In this document: in pieces, positions 12,747-26,280 of the stretch
Layout of the letters: every line of letters starts with the position of its first letter
Position numbering within the stretch: the stretch's first letter is position 1
From: Felis catus
Lineage: Eukaryota
DNA: 64,000 nt
Direction of reading: 5' to 3'
Assembly: GCF_018350175.1 (NCBI RefSeq)
Contig: NC_058369.1
Span: 28,150,001 to 28,214,000 of the forward strand
Notes under the pieces: generated by a model
The model's database searches: none
What the model was told of the DNA's origin: nothing
What the model saw: the letters and a program-made list of their open reading frames with translations, nothing else
Made by a program: the position numbers and the translations under genes

Positions 12747-13467
12747 GTTGAGTTTATTGTGGACCAGATACTGAGCTGGTTGATTACATATGCCTCATCT
12801 CATCAAATGAGTAAGCAACCCTGTAAGTTGGGTGTAATTTTTATCCTCATTTTAGGTGAACAGATGAAGTAAATGATACCAAAGATGTTATGTTATCTGC
12901 TTGTGGTCACACAGCAAACTAATCAGGTGCCAACTGCGGGTCTGTCAATGTCCTGGGACTGTGGTCTTTCACTGCCTCCTGCCAGCTTTGAGATATAGTT
13001 GACATATAACAATGGGTAAATGTAAGGTATAATAAAATGTGTTGATTTGATACACTGGCATATTGCAAAACTATTATCACAATAGCTTTAACATAGTTAC
13101 CACTTCACATAAAAACCATTTCTTTTTTGTGATGAGAACATTTAGAATCTACCCTTAGCAACTTTCAAATATATAATGAAGTATTATCCACACTTGTGGT
13201 TCTCAAGCACCACACCGTGCATCAGATGCCAACATACTCATCTTATTACTGGAAGTGTGTGAAGTGTGTACTTTTGGAACAACATCTCCCATTTCCCCCA
13301 CCCGAGCCCCTGGCAATCACCATTCTCATCTCAGTTTCTATGAGTCTAACTTTGTTAGATTCCAAATATGATTAATACACAGAATTTGTTTTTCTCTGAG
13401 TTATTTCACTTAATGAATAATGCCCTCAATGTCCATCGATGTCTCGGATAAGATTTCCTTCTCTCTC

Positions 13468-13685
13468 GGGGCGCCTGGGTGGTGCAGTCGGTTAAGCGTC
13501 CGACTTCAGCCAGGTCACGATCTTGTGGTCCGGGAGTTCGAGCCCCGCGTCAGGCTCTGGGCTGATGGCTCAGAGCCTGGAGCCTGTTTCCGATTCTGTG
13601 TCTCCCTCTCTCTCTGCCCCTCCCCCGTTCGTGCTCTGTCTCTCTCTGTCCCAAAAATAAGTAAACGTTGGAAAAAAAAAATTAA
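13468..13685 (+). mobile_element. Young felid-type CAN-SINE
   Basis: CpG-intact body; perfect 18-bp TSD aagatttccttctctctc (13450-13467, 13686-13703). Confidence 0.98.
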
Positions 13686-13733
13686 AAGATTTCCTTCTCT
13701 CTCATCGCTGAATAAGATTTCATTGTGTATGAA

Positions 13734-13743
13734 TACACACACA

Positions 13744-13787
<44 letters not shown>
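13734..13787. repeat. (CA)n microsatellite
   Basis: Read directly. Confidence 0.95.
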
Positions 13788-13789
<2 letters not shown>

Positions 13790-14814
13790 ACATCTTTATT
13801 CTTTCATCTATTGAGTAATAATTAACTTGGTTCCATAAATTGGGTACTGTGAATATTGTGGCAGTGAACATAGGCATGTAGATATTCTTTGAGATTCTGT
13901 TTTAATTTCCTTTGGTATATTTCCAAAAGTGAGACTGCTGAATTCTATACCTCTTTTCTAAAAAAATTTGAGGAATTTGCATAGTCTTTTCCACAGTAGC
14001 TGCACCAATTTACATTCCCATTAACAGGTGTACATGGTTTCCCTTTATTCCATATCCTCGCTTGTCTTTTTTTCTTTTTTTAGCCATTCTGACAGGTATG
14101 AAGTAATATCTCATTGCAGTTTTGATTTGCATTCCCTGATGATCAGTGATGTCAAGTACATTTTCATTATTGGCCATGTGTATGTCTTCTTTGGAAAAAT
14201 GTCTATTCAGTTCATTTGCTCTTTTTTAATTGGATTTTTTTCCTATTGAGTTATAGGAATTCTTTATATATTTTCAATATTAATTTCTTTTCAGATATAT
14301 AATTACAAATATTTTCTCTCATTTAGTAGGTTGCCTTTTCATTTTGTTGATGATTTCCTTTGTTGTACAGAAGCATTTTAGTCTGACATAGTCCCTCTTC
14401 TTGATTTTTTTCTTTTGTTTGTACTTTTGGTGTCAAATCCAGAAAAATATTGCCAAAACTGATCAAGGGGCTTAACCCCTATGTTTTATTCTAAGAGTAT
14501 TATGGTTTCAGGTCTGATGTTCAAGTCTTTGATCCATTTGAGATGGTATTTGTGTATAAAAGATGGGGGTAAGCCCATGGTCTTAAGTACTCCATTTTAT
14601 TGTTCCCAAATCAGTTGCCCTATTTGGATTCATTTGTATCATCGGCCTAGTATCTGGGTAGAAAAGGACGTTAGACATTAACCAACAAATGATAAACCTC
14701 AGAAGATAGTCCATTTCCCATGATCAGGTAACTTGTTCAAGGCAGAGATGAAACTAGAAGTTCTAATACAAGCTTGATTCTATTATTCCATATATAATTG
14801 TGACTAAACCATAA

Positions 14815-15055
14815 TAATGATAATAGCAGCTAACATTTGTGGAATCTAGTAGATTTCAAAACTTTAGACACTATAAATATAAAAACTCATTTACTCTTCA
14901 CTTTTAAAATGGATCCCACCACCCCCATATAACAGGTGAATAACTGCGACATGGAAAAGTATCTTTCCCAAGGGCACATACCTACTAGGTAGTGGAGCCA
15001 AGATCTAAATCCAGATTCATACAGTGCTCAAGGCAAGCTTTTAACTACTATACTC
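14815..15055 (-). mobile_element. MIR SINE
   Basis: taatagcagctaacatttg...caggtgaataactg...cccaagggcacatacctactaggtagtggagccaagat. Confidence 0.65.
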
Positions 15056-18000
15056 TTCTGCATCTTGAGAGAGAAAAAAAAAAGACCCAAAAACAAAAAA
15101 ACAAAACAAAATGAAAAACAAAAAACAAAATTTCCATGTATCAAACTTTAAAAAGAAAAACCCTCAGTTCCTCTACGACACTTCTTTGGCCGCCCCAGTC
15201 CAAATTTATATCCCATGCTTTGAAATTCTGACTCGTATCAGCCTGATTCTGTGAACACATATACCTCCTGCCAGCAGATCATTGCTTCTGAGATCAAGGA
15301 TAGTGTCTTTAATTCTGTCGTTCCCCCAGTACCTAAGACTCACAGTTCACTGACAGTAGTAGGCAGTCATAAAAATCTTCCAGAACTGGACATAAAAAAT
15401 GTGGCAAGTAGGTGACAAAGAGAGTTTAAATCCATGTTACTAAATTTGGCCCAGGGTCACTCATGCAAAACAATTCATGTCTAAATTCAGGGAAAATCAA
15501 TATCTAAATATAGTTTACAAACAAGTATTTAACTATTTAATTTAAGCCATTTCCTTCCTACCCTGTGCACCACCATCATGACTAGTCACTTGAATGGGTA
15601 AATATCCACATACTTCAAGTTCAACAATAGCTGCCTCGAAGAAGTATATTGTGGTATTTTAGAAATTAGAAAAAATGAAGAAAGATCCAACATAATTATA
15701 TAGGCCGACTATATATTAATCTAAGGAAACCTGTGATTCAAATATAAAAGAAATTATTCTTGTTTATTCATCAATTCCCTTTTAATAAGACAGTAGGACA
15801 ATAGAGACGTTCTTGCTGATAATCAACTAATCACATTTTGCTGGATTAACCCAAGTTCTCCATCTCCTTTTCAACTGTAATGAGTGATGTCCTTGTGCCC
15901 AGAATATTGAAGTCGCCTAAGCTACTTCCTAGCACACTATACAATCTATCTCTATCACCTCAGTTGTATGTTTAACCAGGAATCTCTATACTCATTCTCA
16001 AGCCTATAATACCTGGGATTGTGTTTACATGATTATAAGCATAGCATAAACTGATGAAATATGAGTGCAGAAAAGAGATAGGTTGCTTTCATTGCTTCCT
16101 TGGGAAGATAAGTCCAACCCATGAGAATAATTGGCTTTATATTATATATAGACAACTTTATGTGGGAAAAAACATGGTAAAATTCCAAAAGAACTGTACT
16201 TTAGATTGCTTTGCAAGTGTCCATGTTTTTATTCCACTTTGAAGAAACTGTAGCATTGCATTATGACTATCATTTACATAAAAAGGTAGAGGTCAGACTC
16301 CAGATAGCAAATTCATATTTAAATAGCGTCTGGATTCAACAAAGATTTGGAAAAGAGATGCACATTTCAGTGTCCTAAATTAAAATAAAATCTATATGTA
16401 GCATTTTAATTTTTTTTTATTTTTAAAGTAACTTTGTTGCTTTAACCAAATGTTTCAATCAGTTGACCAAGTAGAAGTCATAACTGATCCAAGAAAAAGG
16501 GATTCTATTGTACTACATGCAAGCCATGGGTGGCTAGAGGGAAGATGGGCTCTGGTCCTGGGCTTGGCTTCCAGAATCATCCTCATTCTGTATATTCTTA
16601 GCCTATTTTCACGTGTGTTAGCTCTGAGAGCCTCACAGCACATCCTCATGTCCTCTGTTATAGCCTCTTATGCCTAAGTTCCTTCTCCCTCAAGTTCTTC
16701 TTGTGAGGCCCCCAGCACCGTGAATGGCCATTCCTTCCTGCCTGTGCACCTGCTCTTCCTCCCATGCTTCACTACATCTCTTCTCCACTTGGTTACAGGC
16801 ATCAACTCCTCCCCTTTCCCTGCTCCTTTATTTTTATTCACATCACCACCTCTGTTCCCTCTTAACACCTGATATGTGCTGGCCCCATTTTATGTTTTAC
16901 CTGGCTGTGTTCATCCTTGCTTGTAAGACGCATGAAGAGCAAGATCCATGTATATTGCTTCATTAACTGTAGGATCCCTAGCACCCAGCACTTTGCCTGG
17001 CAGAAAATAAGCGCTCAAATACTTAATGTATGGATACACTAATTAATGAACTAATTTAGATCGTTTCTCCAAGATTTCCAAAGACAGAAATTCTTCACTT
17101 GTATTTTCTGTATGGCACCCTGCATAAAGCCACGTAGGGATATTTCCCTGTGCTGAAGTGGGACCTTTATATACTTCTGAACTCTGTTCTTTATGTTTTG
17201 GATATGAGCCTATAAGGACCAATGTCAGGTGACAGGTGTCCAGAGGGGTACCGCCTTGAATCACACAGCCTGAATGATGTCCCTGGGAGCACCTTATGTT
17301 ATTCCTAACCACCAGAACCACAACAAGAATCTTGGTAAGATGCCAAATGACATTCTCTTTTCTCAAGGCATCATGTGGCTCCTGACCCATGTATGTCAAA
17401 AAATCCCTTCTTTAAAATTCTTAGACTCCTGGAAGGGTTGAAGGGCATATATTGTCTTTTAGAATGGAAAGAGTGTTACAGAGAGAATATCTCTGAAAAA
17501 AACTGGCTGTTCCTGAGACAACAGGTTTATTCACAAATACTCCCCTTCTCCCATTGCTTTGTGAGCAAGAGATTCACATGCTGGTCCTAAAGCACCAAAG
17601 CCATTTTCATATTCACACTGCCGGCCATCACATTTTAGATCCTTTATTCTTCCCCATCACTCACTAACTTACTCACACCCGTGCCTTACACTTGCAGCCT
17701 CTTCACCGTTCATACTCAGTCACAGTTCCAAACGTTCCAACTTGACCCTGACCCTTGAGTCTCATTTTATAGAAGCAACAGAGTTAAGAGCATTATCCAT
17801 TAACAAGTCAAAAATTTCTTAAATGACCAAATGGTTCCTAAGCTTCTCTGAGTGGTCCAGGAACAACTCACTGCCCTGGGTCAATTTCTCCTCCCCTTTC
17901 AAATTCCAGGCTAGGAATTTCCAAATACCCAGTCATCGGCTTCCAAGACTAGATATTCTACCAATCAGGGGGAAATTGGGCTTGCTTCATTTCTAAGTCA

Positions 18001-19375
18001 TTTCATTCCAAATGTCTTGCTGCCTGTCTCTACTTGGAAGGTGACATATAAGTGTAATCATTGATACAACGGCCATTCTAATTTTTATCAGAAATTTTAG
18101 ACCTATCTAATTCAGCATATACCAAATAACAGAATATCATAAATAATAATAGAGAAATATTGTGCATTTACTATGTACCAAGTCCTGTACCCAGAACTTT
18201 ACCTGCAGTATCATTTGAGTCTCTCAGCAATCCTATGACAAATGTACTATTGCTATCCCATCACCAGAAAGCTAAGCAGAAAAAACTTGCCCATAGGCAA
18301 GGGGAACATAAATTCGTTTTTGTCAAATTCCTAGTTCAAACTTTACAGCTCAAAGGATCTCCAAATACAACTGAACAAATAAAATGTATACACGTCTTTA
18401 GTTCTTCTCTGGATGTTCTTACTTTTCTTTTTAACAATATTCAATGAAGCAACAAATCTCTAGGATTTCTCACTTCAGGATATCTTCACTAAAGCTGGCT
18501 CTCTCATGCGAACACTGTCTGGCATTGCTCTCCAGTTGCTCAACTTGGAACCGAGCTTTAAGTACAAATAACGTAGGACAATACTGTATGTTATATTTAG
18601 CATTTAAAGTGCTTTGGTGTTTTCACTGGGATACTATTCAGTTACTTTAATAAATTGCAAACTAGACAGAGCAACATTTTGTGAGCCTCTTAGAAAGTCA
18701 TCCTTTCTTGAAAATGTGCAAATTCATTTCCTCTGTTTCTGTTGTTTTCTTCTCAGAATTGCCTCAAAATCCAATAAGGTAGAACCATAGGGAATCGCTG
18801 CTGTCTTTACCTGATGGAGCAGGTAGAAGGGGGGGGGGCTGTGGGGGAGGAGGTGATTTTACCCACAAAGAACCTAACTGGATGTTTCACTAATGTATGA
18901 TGTATGAGCCCTAGCTTTTCTCTCCTTGGATTCCTTCTTGATTGTGCTATCAGTAAGTTTGACCAAGTCACTTGCCTGCTAATAAAATGTCAATAGAGGG
19001 TATGTATTTACAAAACTGTACCAAAGTTACCAAAAATGACTAGCATTCATAGAATAGTAAACGCAGATACTCTTCTTAAATGTATTTTCTTGGGAGCAAG
19101 AGGAGTCTCTACTCACTTCAACAAATCATTTAAGAATGAGCTGAAGAAAACAAGATCTTTAAAACCATTTATCATCTCAGACTTCTTGAACAACTGTTTC
19201 ATGGTTTTTAACTTTACAAAATAGACATGGGGAAAAACCTTTTAGCCCATGGAGATCACAACACAGAATGCATTTTTTAATATAGCCACATACAAACTGG
19301 TTGATGTAATCAAATCATTGTTAAATGCTTGCTGGAAGTCTTAGACCAAGAATTTCTGTAAAAGTTAATATTTGA

Positions 19376-19582
19376 GGGATGCCTCGGTGGCTCAGTCGAT
19401 TAAGCGTCTGGCTCTTGATTTTGTCTCAGGTCATGATCTCATGGTTTGTGAGATGTTGGGCTGTGTGCTGAGAGTATGGAGACTACTTGGTTTTTGTCTC
19501 TCCCTCTCCCTCTGACTCTCCCCTGCATATGCATGCACAGGCATGCACTCTCTCACAAAATAACTTTAAAAACTTTTTAAAA
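19376..19582 (+). mobile_element. CAN-SINE, older and diverged
   Basis: gggatgcctcggtggctcagtcgattaagcgtctggctcttgat...tcaggtcatgatctc head; CT tract. Confidence 0.9.
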
Positions 19583-19598
19583 AGTTTATATTTGAAAA

Positions 19599-19645
19599 AT
19601 ATATATATATTCATATATATATTTATATATTTATACATATGCTCA

Positions 19646-19684
<39 letters not shown>
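19599..19684. repeat. (TA)n microsatellite next to SINE tail
   Basis: Read directly. Confidence 0.93.
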
Positions 19685-19687
<3 letters not shown>

Positions 19688-20258
19688 TGTACTAAATTTA
19701 AAGAAATAATAATTTTAGGATGCACACAGAGATGCCTTTAAAAGTTCAACTTTCTATTTCATGTATCTATCCATTGTCCTTCTGAAAGTTGATTCTTTTC
19801 TCCAGGTACTATTATTCTTGTCTGTCATTTTAGGTCATTTTTCCTTCCAGTCACTCTTACAGGGATAGTATTTGCTCTTTGTTCAAGGAGAAGGGATTTC
19901 TTCTCAATGCCTGATTGCTTTATCATCTAGCTGAGGCTCCTGATTCATCTTCTAATTAAAAAAGACCTTTTACACAGGATCAAAAGAACTTCTGGTGATA
20001 GATGGAGGAAAGGTCTATAGAAAAGGCAAGATCTTACCAACTGTCTTAAGAAAAAAATCCCTGTAACAGACAAGGTAGATGATGATTTTCTGGCCAAGGA
20101 AAGACTGCCCAAAGATCCTAACCACATTAGATTCAAAGACGGATAAATGAACAGTGCAATGTTTTCTTGATAGGGTCCCAAGAGCCTCACCACAGGCATG
20201 GCTTACATAGCTTGCCCTGCCTGGTGGCTTTATATGAATTACCATCAGTAAACTAGAG

Positions 20259-20441
20259 CAGTGGTTCACAAATACTAATGTACTTAGGTATCACTTAGCT
20301 TGTTAAAATGTGGTTTCCTGGGTCCCACCTCCAGAGATTCTGATTCACTGGGTCCAGGTGGGGGCCCATGTATTTGCAGTCCTAACAAGCTCACAGGTGA
20401 TGCCAAATGCTGGTCTGAGAACAACACTCTGAATATCACTC
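20259..20441. mobile_element. MER5A-like hAT MITE
   Basis: cagtggttcaca...cctgggtcccacctccagagattctgattca...taacaagctcacaggtgatgc. Confidence 0.85.
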
Positions 20442-21419
20442 CAGAGCACTGTGATTCCAAATCACTCAGGGTATTGTATCACTCTCTCTGCATCTAAAAT
20501 TCTGTTCTTGGATTATCTTAGTTTGCAGCCTTAAGCATTTGGTCTTCAAAGAAACCAAACCACTATAATGGGAGGCTGTCCTCTTTTGTTTAAAAAAAAA
20601 GAAAAAAAAAGGAAGGAAGAAAGAAAGTTAAAGTAATGGCTCTTCACTTGGGACAAAGAGCAAGCTGACTCTGGTTTACAAAGTCCTATCTCATTCCTGA
20701 TCCTTTGTCATTTGAGAGATGTGAGTAGTCTATGTCAAAAAATGCACACTGCGCATTCCCAGGAAGCCACTCACATGGCCAACTGTAATTTTATTTAAGC
20801 CTGTCTAAACTTGCTTTTCTCATTTTTGCCCTATAGGCACTCATGAGCATTTTTTTTCCTTTGCAAGAAAGAATTCAAAGACAAAGACACAGATATGACT
20901 TTACCAAAAACTAGCAAACTTTAAAGCAAAAAAATAAATAAATAAGAATCAAGCATTTCTGTTTATAACAAGATTCACCCCACAACCCCTCTACTCATCC
21001 TCCTATACAAAGAGAAAACTTAAGACCATAATAGCCATTCTTCAAAAATGATTAAATAAAAATCATCCAAAAGTCAGATTACTGAGAACATGACGAAGTC
21101 TTTTGTGTGCAAATCCATATGGTGGTGGGTGAAACACCGAACATCTAAGGAAAAAACAGACACACTCTCTACTATAAAGCCAAGTTGCAAATCCAAATGC
21201 CTACCGCATAAGTAATGTAATTTAATGTTTGAAGCCAGGAGTAAGGGAAGAGAGGAGGAGGGATGAAGGAGAACCTGAGAGTCCTGCCCTTATCAGCTGC
21301 TCCCAATCAGCTGAAGTCCAATTCTGATAATATCAGAAATACATGTCCTGCTTTTCCTTCCAGTCCTACTTCTTGGTGTGCCCAAGGATTTCGGGTTGAA
21401 TTATAAATTCAGTGTATGA

Positions 21420-22130
21420 AAAACCACAGGAAAACTGGATGAACCTAACTTCCTCCAAAAAAGGTTCATCTGAGGCTGTGGTAAAGCATCCTGGGATGGG
21501 ACAGGTCGCCTTTATCCCACTGGAGATTGAGTTTACTCAAAGTGGGCTGACATTTTGAAATATTCAGTCTGCCTCTTTTGCTCACATTGTTGGATGTAGT
21601 TTGAAAGTCTATGGTGTTTATCAGTCTCCCTCGTCCTTCATGGGCGTCAAACTCCCAGCTGTTGTACTCTTAGCACTGAGAGAGTGTCACAATGAGTGCT
21701 TTGCCTTTTCAGTGATTTGCTTCTTAGTTTTCTAGCTTCACACTCTACAAGGAACAAAAATTAGGCAAATGTCTCCAGGCTATTATCTAGTATCTGTCTT
21801 CTTCCTGAGGTCTCATCCCCTCAAGTCCCAGCTGCTTTAGCTGAGCGTTTGTCTCTTCTGCCTTGCGAGACTGCCAAGAAAATTGTCTGCCTTCTCTGCT
21901 CCCAGCCATCATCTTTTGCCTGGTTTCTCAGCTTTCATCCCAACACAGAAATTAGAGGGACCCCTTAAGTGAAAACCAGCTTGTGGAAGGAATTCTGGCT
22001 CACCACTTGATAGTTTCCTATGCTCTAGGAATCTTGGTTTTCTTGGCAGCTCTTTTAATGTCTTCAGACTAGGCACATTTCAAATTTTGTTTAATTTGCC
22101 TTTACTCTTGTTTCTGGAGTCGTGCTGGTT
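21420..22130 (-). mobile_element. Possible ancient L1M 5'-region fragment
   Basis: Pyrimidine-rich block; ttaggcaaatgtctccagg and ttcttggcagctcttttaatgtcttcaga resemble old L1M 5' ends; from recall only. Confidence 0.4.
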
Positions 22131-22643
22131 TTCCATAGGCCACCCTAATTTAGCCAGAGGCCAAAGTCCCCAGGTTGGTTGATTGATTCTTTGGAGATGA
22201 CAACCAACACATACTTTATTCACTTGATTGAAAGCCTTATGGTACATATAAGGGTTAGACGAGTAGACCTTGGTTTTGTTCACGCTGACTCCAGTGAGTT
22301 GTGTTTGGGTTTTGTAGGCTTGAGACTGCTCAACAGCTTCTGCTGCCACTGGCTTGTTTTCTTCCAGAATCACGGTGTGTGCTTTCATATGAAATCTGAT
22401 TTTTAATTTCTTCTCTGGCAATTCTTCTCCAGATTCTTAGCTTTGCATAATTACACCTACAATGGAACCTGGATCCTCAAGGCACCAAGATAAATCCTCC
22501 TACTCCAACATCACATGATCTTCTTATTCTACAATTTAACAAAAAACGTTCAAGGCCAGCCACAACAGATCCCAATGAGCCATAGGCCACTGAATCCCAT
22601 ACACAGGCAACATTTTTGACCTCTAAAATTGCTAGGAGTTTAA

Positions 22644-22861
22644 GGGCGCCTGGGTGGCTCAGTCGGTGAAGCATCCGACTTCAGCTCAGGTCATGATCTC
22701 ACGGTCTGTGAGTTCCAGCCCCGCATCGGGCTCTGTGCTGACAGCTCAGAGCCTGGAGCCTGTTTCAGATTCTGTGTCTCCCTCTCTCTGACCCTCCCCT
22801 GTTCAGGCTCTGTCTCTCCCTGTCTCAAAAATAAATAAAACGTTAAAAAAAAAAAAAAAAA
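22644..22861 (+). mobile_element. CAN-SINE (first of a tandem pair)
   Basis: Full head, CT tract, long A tail. Confidence 0.97.
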
Positions 22862-22942
22862 GAGGAAGTGAGTGGACAGTGTCTACATTGGAGATTTTGA
22901 GAAAAAAAATAGGTTAGGCTTAGTTTTTAGAAATATAGGGGT

Positions 22943-23178
22943 GGGGCGCCTGGGTGGCGCAGTCGGTTGGGCGTCCGACTTCAGCCAGGTCATGATCTCG
23001 CGGTCCGTGAGTTCGAGCCCTGCGTCGGGCTCTGGGCTGATGGCTGATGGCTCGGAGCCTGGAGCCTGTTTCAGATTCTGTGTCTCCCTCTCCCTCTGAC
23101 CCTCCCCGTTCATACTATCTCTCCCTGTCTCAAAAAATAAATAAATAAATAAATAAACGTTAAAAAAATTTTGTTTTT
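22943..23178 (+). mobile_element. Young felid-type CAN-SINE (second of a tandem pair)
   Basis: ggggcgcctgggtggcgcagtcgg head, internal 7-bp duplication ggctgat, (AAAT)n tail. Confidence 0.97.
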
Positions 23179-23397
23179 ATTCCTAGGAGTTTAAAGAGCT
23201 TCCCCTTGGCAGGCTCAGTGGGCTCTGGGGCAGCAGCCATGGGCTCTACTCCCAGGTTAACTTAACATAGTAATACAACTACTTCACCAGGAAATAATGT
23301 ATTTATCTTGAAAACTGGAGGTTAATTTCAAATTTAAACATTAATCCACAAGAGCTATGCAGGAATTATTTTGGTAAAAATAGACTATAAATGCAGT

Positions 23398-23400
<3 letters not shown>

Positions 23401-23430
<30 letters not shown>
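23401..23430. repeat. (AC)15 microsatellite
   Basis: Read directly. Confidence 0.95.
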
Positions 23431-23432
<2 letters not shown>

Positions 23433-24399
23433 CATTTCAAACAAGGCATCAAACTAATACATTTGGTTCTGTGATCTCTTTTAAGACAGATATGTCAAGC
23501 AATTTTTGTATTTTGTCGGCAGCCTTAAAAGAAATTTCAAATAACCACAAATCATTGTTACAGTTTAGAGTACTTGAGACACTCCAGATAAATATTTGAT
23601 GATAGATGGACAGTAGGTAGAGGAATGGATTCATCTCATACATAAGAGAGTGAGAAGACACCCTTATGCTTATCAGGGAACAAGACGGGAAGGCTCCGGC
23701 GGAATGTCACTCTCTTAGTCGCCAGTAATTGGCCCTACTTGAATCAAAGAGGAATTTAAATGGGGCTACCACCTGACTGAAGCCTTTCTGTATAATGCAG
23801 TGGGCTGGGTGGAAATGGACATAGGGTGCGTGGTAAAATAGCCAAATTTTTCCCATTCCCATATGCCACATCTCCAACTGTGGGAATTCCTGGGAATTCA
23901 TCCACAGAACTGCAACAACAAATTCTCTTTATCAAAAATGTTGAAGGTTCTTTGAGATCCCTGCCCTATGAGCACATCTAGCCTAATGGATAAGAAGCTC
24001 TCCACCATGTAGGTAGCTTGAGAATGTGGCAGTGGCCTCGGTACAGGATTGTCCACAGTGAATGCTGACTTCAGTTCTTCTAGGACTGAACCGACCCAAG
24101 GCAGGTCCCTGCTGAGAGAGTTCTAGTCTCTTCTGTAACATGCCTATATACTAAGAGCAAATACCCTGGCATCCAGTTGATGGGGATGTGGAAAGGCATC
24201 AGGACATGCCACATACCCTAAACCAACTGCTTGATTTTCACAATTACCTAGTTTTTAAGACCGAGTGTTAAATACGTACATACATGCATAAACACCTTAG
24301 GCCTATAAACAAATAAAAACTAAATAAAAATGACTAACATGGTGCACAGTATCAGAAGCTATCAACTACTGGCAAAAAACAACAACAACAAAAAACTAG

Positions 24400-24625
24400 G
24401 ATCTGTATATGGCAGGCAATGTGCCAAGGATATTACATGAAATCTGTTCATCTTCATGACCACTCTTCAAGCTAAATACTGTCCTAATCCTCCTCTTGAT
24501 AGATGAGAAAAATGAAGCACAGAGCAGTTTAGGAATTTACTCAAGCTGGTAAGTGGTAGGTAGAGAGTCAACCTGAAGCCAGGTCTCAGGATGCCATATC
24601 ATAAGCCCTTAACCACAGCGTTTTA
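24400..24625 (-). mobile_element. MIR SINE
   Basis: atagatgagaaaaatgaagcacagag...ggtaagtggtag...cttaaccac. Confidence 0.6.
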
Positions 24626-26079
24626 CAGGTCTCCTGGACTGCATTGATCATCGTAATGTCTACTTGCATATTCCCTATACTTTAATAATGGGACTATGGA
24701 TTACGGACATGTGCTTTTCCTAGCTGTCCTTAAATTCGGAGCTAAATATAAAATTAATGACATCTTGGGAACTGTGATTCTTCCCTAACACATTTTGCTA
24801 AGAACATGGCTTATGAAATCTTTATATCTAGTTGAAATGTGTTTACTAAGTCTTGCCAGGAAGTTCATTCTAGGGAGATATTACACATGGGTAATGTAAA
24901 TTGCTGTAAGGGCTAAGAAGCCTTCATTCCAACTAGCTTTTTGCCGCCAAGTAATAAGTAATTTAGTAGATTTGGAAAATAAGCACCTGGTCTATCCCCC
25001 TTCACAAGTGACTAGGCCTGCATAAAGATCAGTTACTTTATACAGACAGAGTTGGAAAATTCCCTATCTGATCTGTGGGGTTTGCCTCCCTGGATGCTGT
25101 TCCAAGCAACACATTAGTGTTTAGACCAAGTATCTCTGAGGAGGCACAAACCTGTTCTGAGGGCCTAGAAACTCCACACTGCACGTCTGCATTTCAATGA
25201 GCAGTTTCTAGCACTGGAGGAAGGAGAGCTGGCGCCCCAATCTGCAGCCAATATCCTGTTCCTGGCTTTTCTGCCTCATAGCCGTGCAACCGCCATTAAG
25301 TCACACTATGAGCTTTAGTTTCCTCCTCAACAAAAGATGCCAACCCGTCTCACAATGTTCTTGTAATGGTGGTTACCTGTGAAAGCACTTCAAAAAAGCA
25401 TTCACACGTAAGATCATATATGCAACATATATACACATAAATACATACACATGGCACCAAGGGCTAAGGTACACACATTATCCAGATGCCAATGGCTAGA
25501 TAGTCAACAAGGTAGAAGACAGAAGTCCACTCATCTATCCTCCAGAGGAAGTGAGCCTGTAAGGAAATGCCCGGTTTCCACAGTGATGGGACAGAGCAGT
25601 CCAGGCAAAGGTATAGGGAGGGAGAGGAGGGCACATTCTGGCTATAAAAATACATACTATAGAGCTCCCCTAATGAGCACTGGGTAAGTATGGAATTCTG
25701 GAAAGAAATAGAAGCAGGCAAAGACTCACTCATCAATAGAAAATAACCTTATATAGAAAGGCTGTATGCCAGGCACCATAAACTAAAAATACCAACATGC
25801 AGGATCCTGCTTGATCCTAACAACAAGCCTGTGAACGTATGCTCTTATTTACTGACTAGGTATCAGAGGCTTTGAGCAATTTATTAATTGTCAGGTCCAT
25901 ATAGAGAATAAGTGCTAGAGGCCAGGTTCAAATAGGGGTCTGTTTGACAGGAGCTACGTTCCTTGACCACCTTGCTATACTGTCTCTCTAAAACCATTGT
26001 CAGGATACAAACCCGCACATCTATCAAGCTACATTCCTGTAAAAGAACTTTGTGTTTAAATACATGGGGTGGGGGGGGG

Positions 26080-26280
26080 GGTGGTGCCTCGGTGGTTCAG
26101 TTGGTTAAGCATCTGACTTTCCCTCGTTCATGGGTTTGGGCCCTGTGTTGGGCTCTACACTGACAGCATGGAGTCTGCTTGGGATTCTGTCTCTCTCCCT
26201 CTCTTTCTGCCCACCCCCCCCCCCACCCATGCTTTCTCTCTCTCGAAAAATAAACAAACTTTAAAAAAAATAAAAAATAA
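26080..26280 (+). mobile_element. CAN-SINE, diverged, preceded by a G-run
   Basis: ggtgcctcggtggttcagttggttaagcatctgactt head; CT tract; aaaaataaacaaac tail. Confidence 0.9.

Larger units (their letters stand above)
12988..14560 (-). mobile_element. L1 3' fragment (3' UTR plus end of ORF2), interrupted by SINE and (CA)n
   Basis: ttgagatatagttgacatataac start; tgcaccaatttacattccca...tctcattgcagttttgatttgcattccctgatga...ttctttggaaaaatgtctattcag are antisense L1 ORF2-end motifs. Confidence 0.92.

Noticed and set aside
12642..12872. Poly-His ORF
   Set aside because: Produced by the (CAT)n(CAC)n microsatellite running into MIR-like sequence.
13420..13877. ORFs of 120-132 aa, and similar MAQS.../MGQRETE... 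ORFs elsewhere
   Set aside because: Translations of CAN-SINEs and microsatellites.
22080..22421. 113-aa minus-strand ORF as a possible retro-pseudogene
   Set aside because: No protein recognised, no poly(A) or TSD; cannot be supported without blastp.
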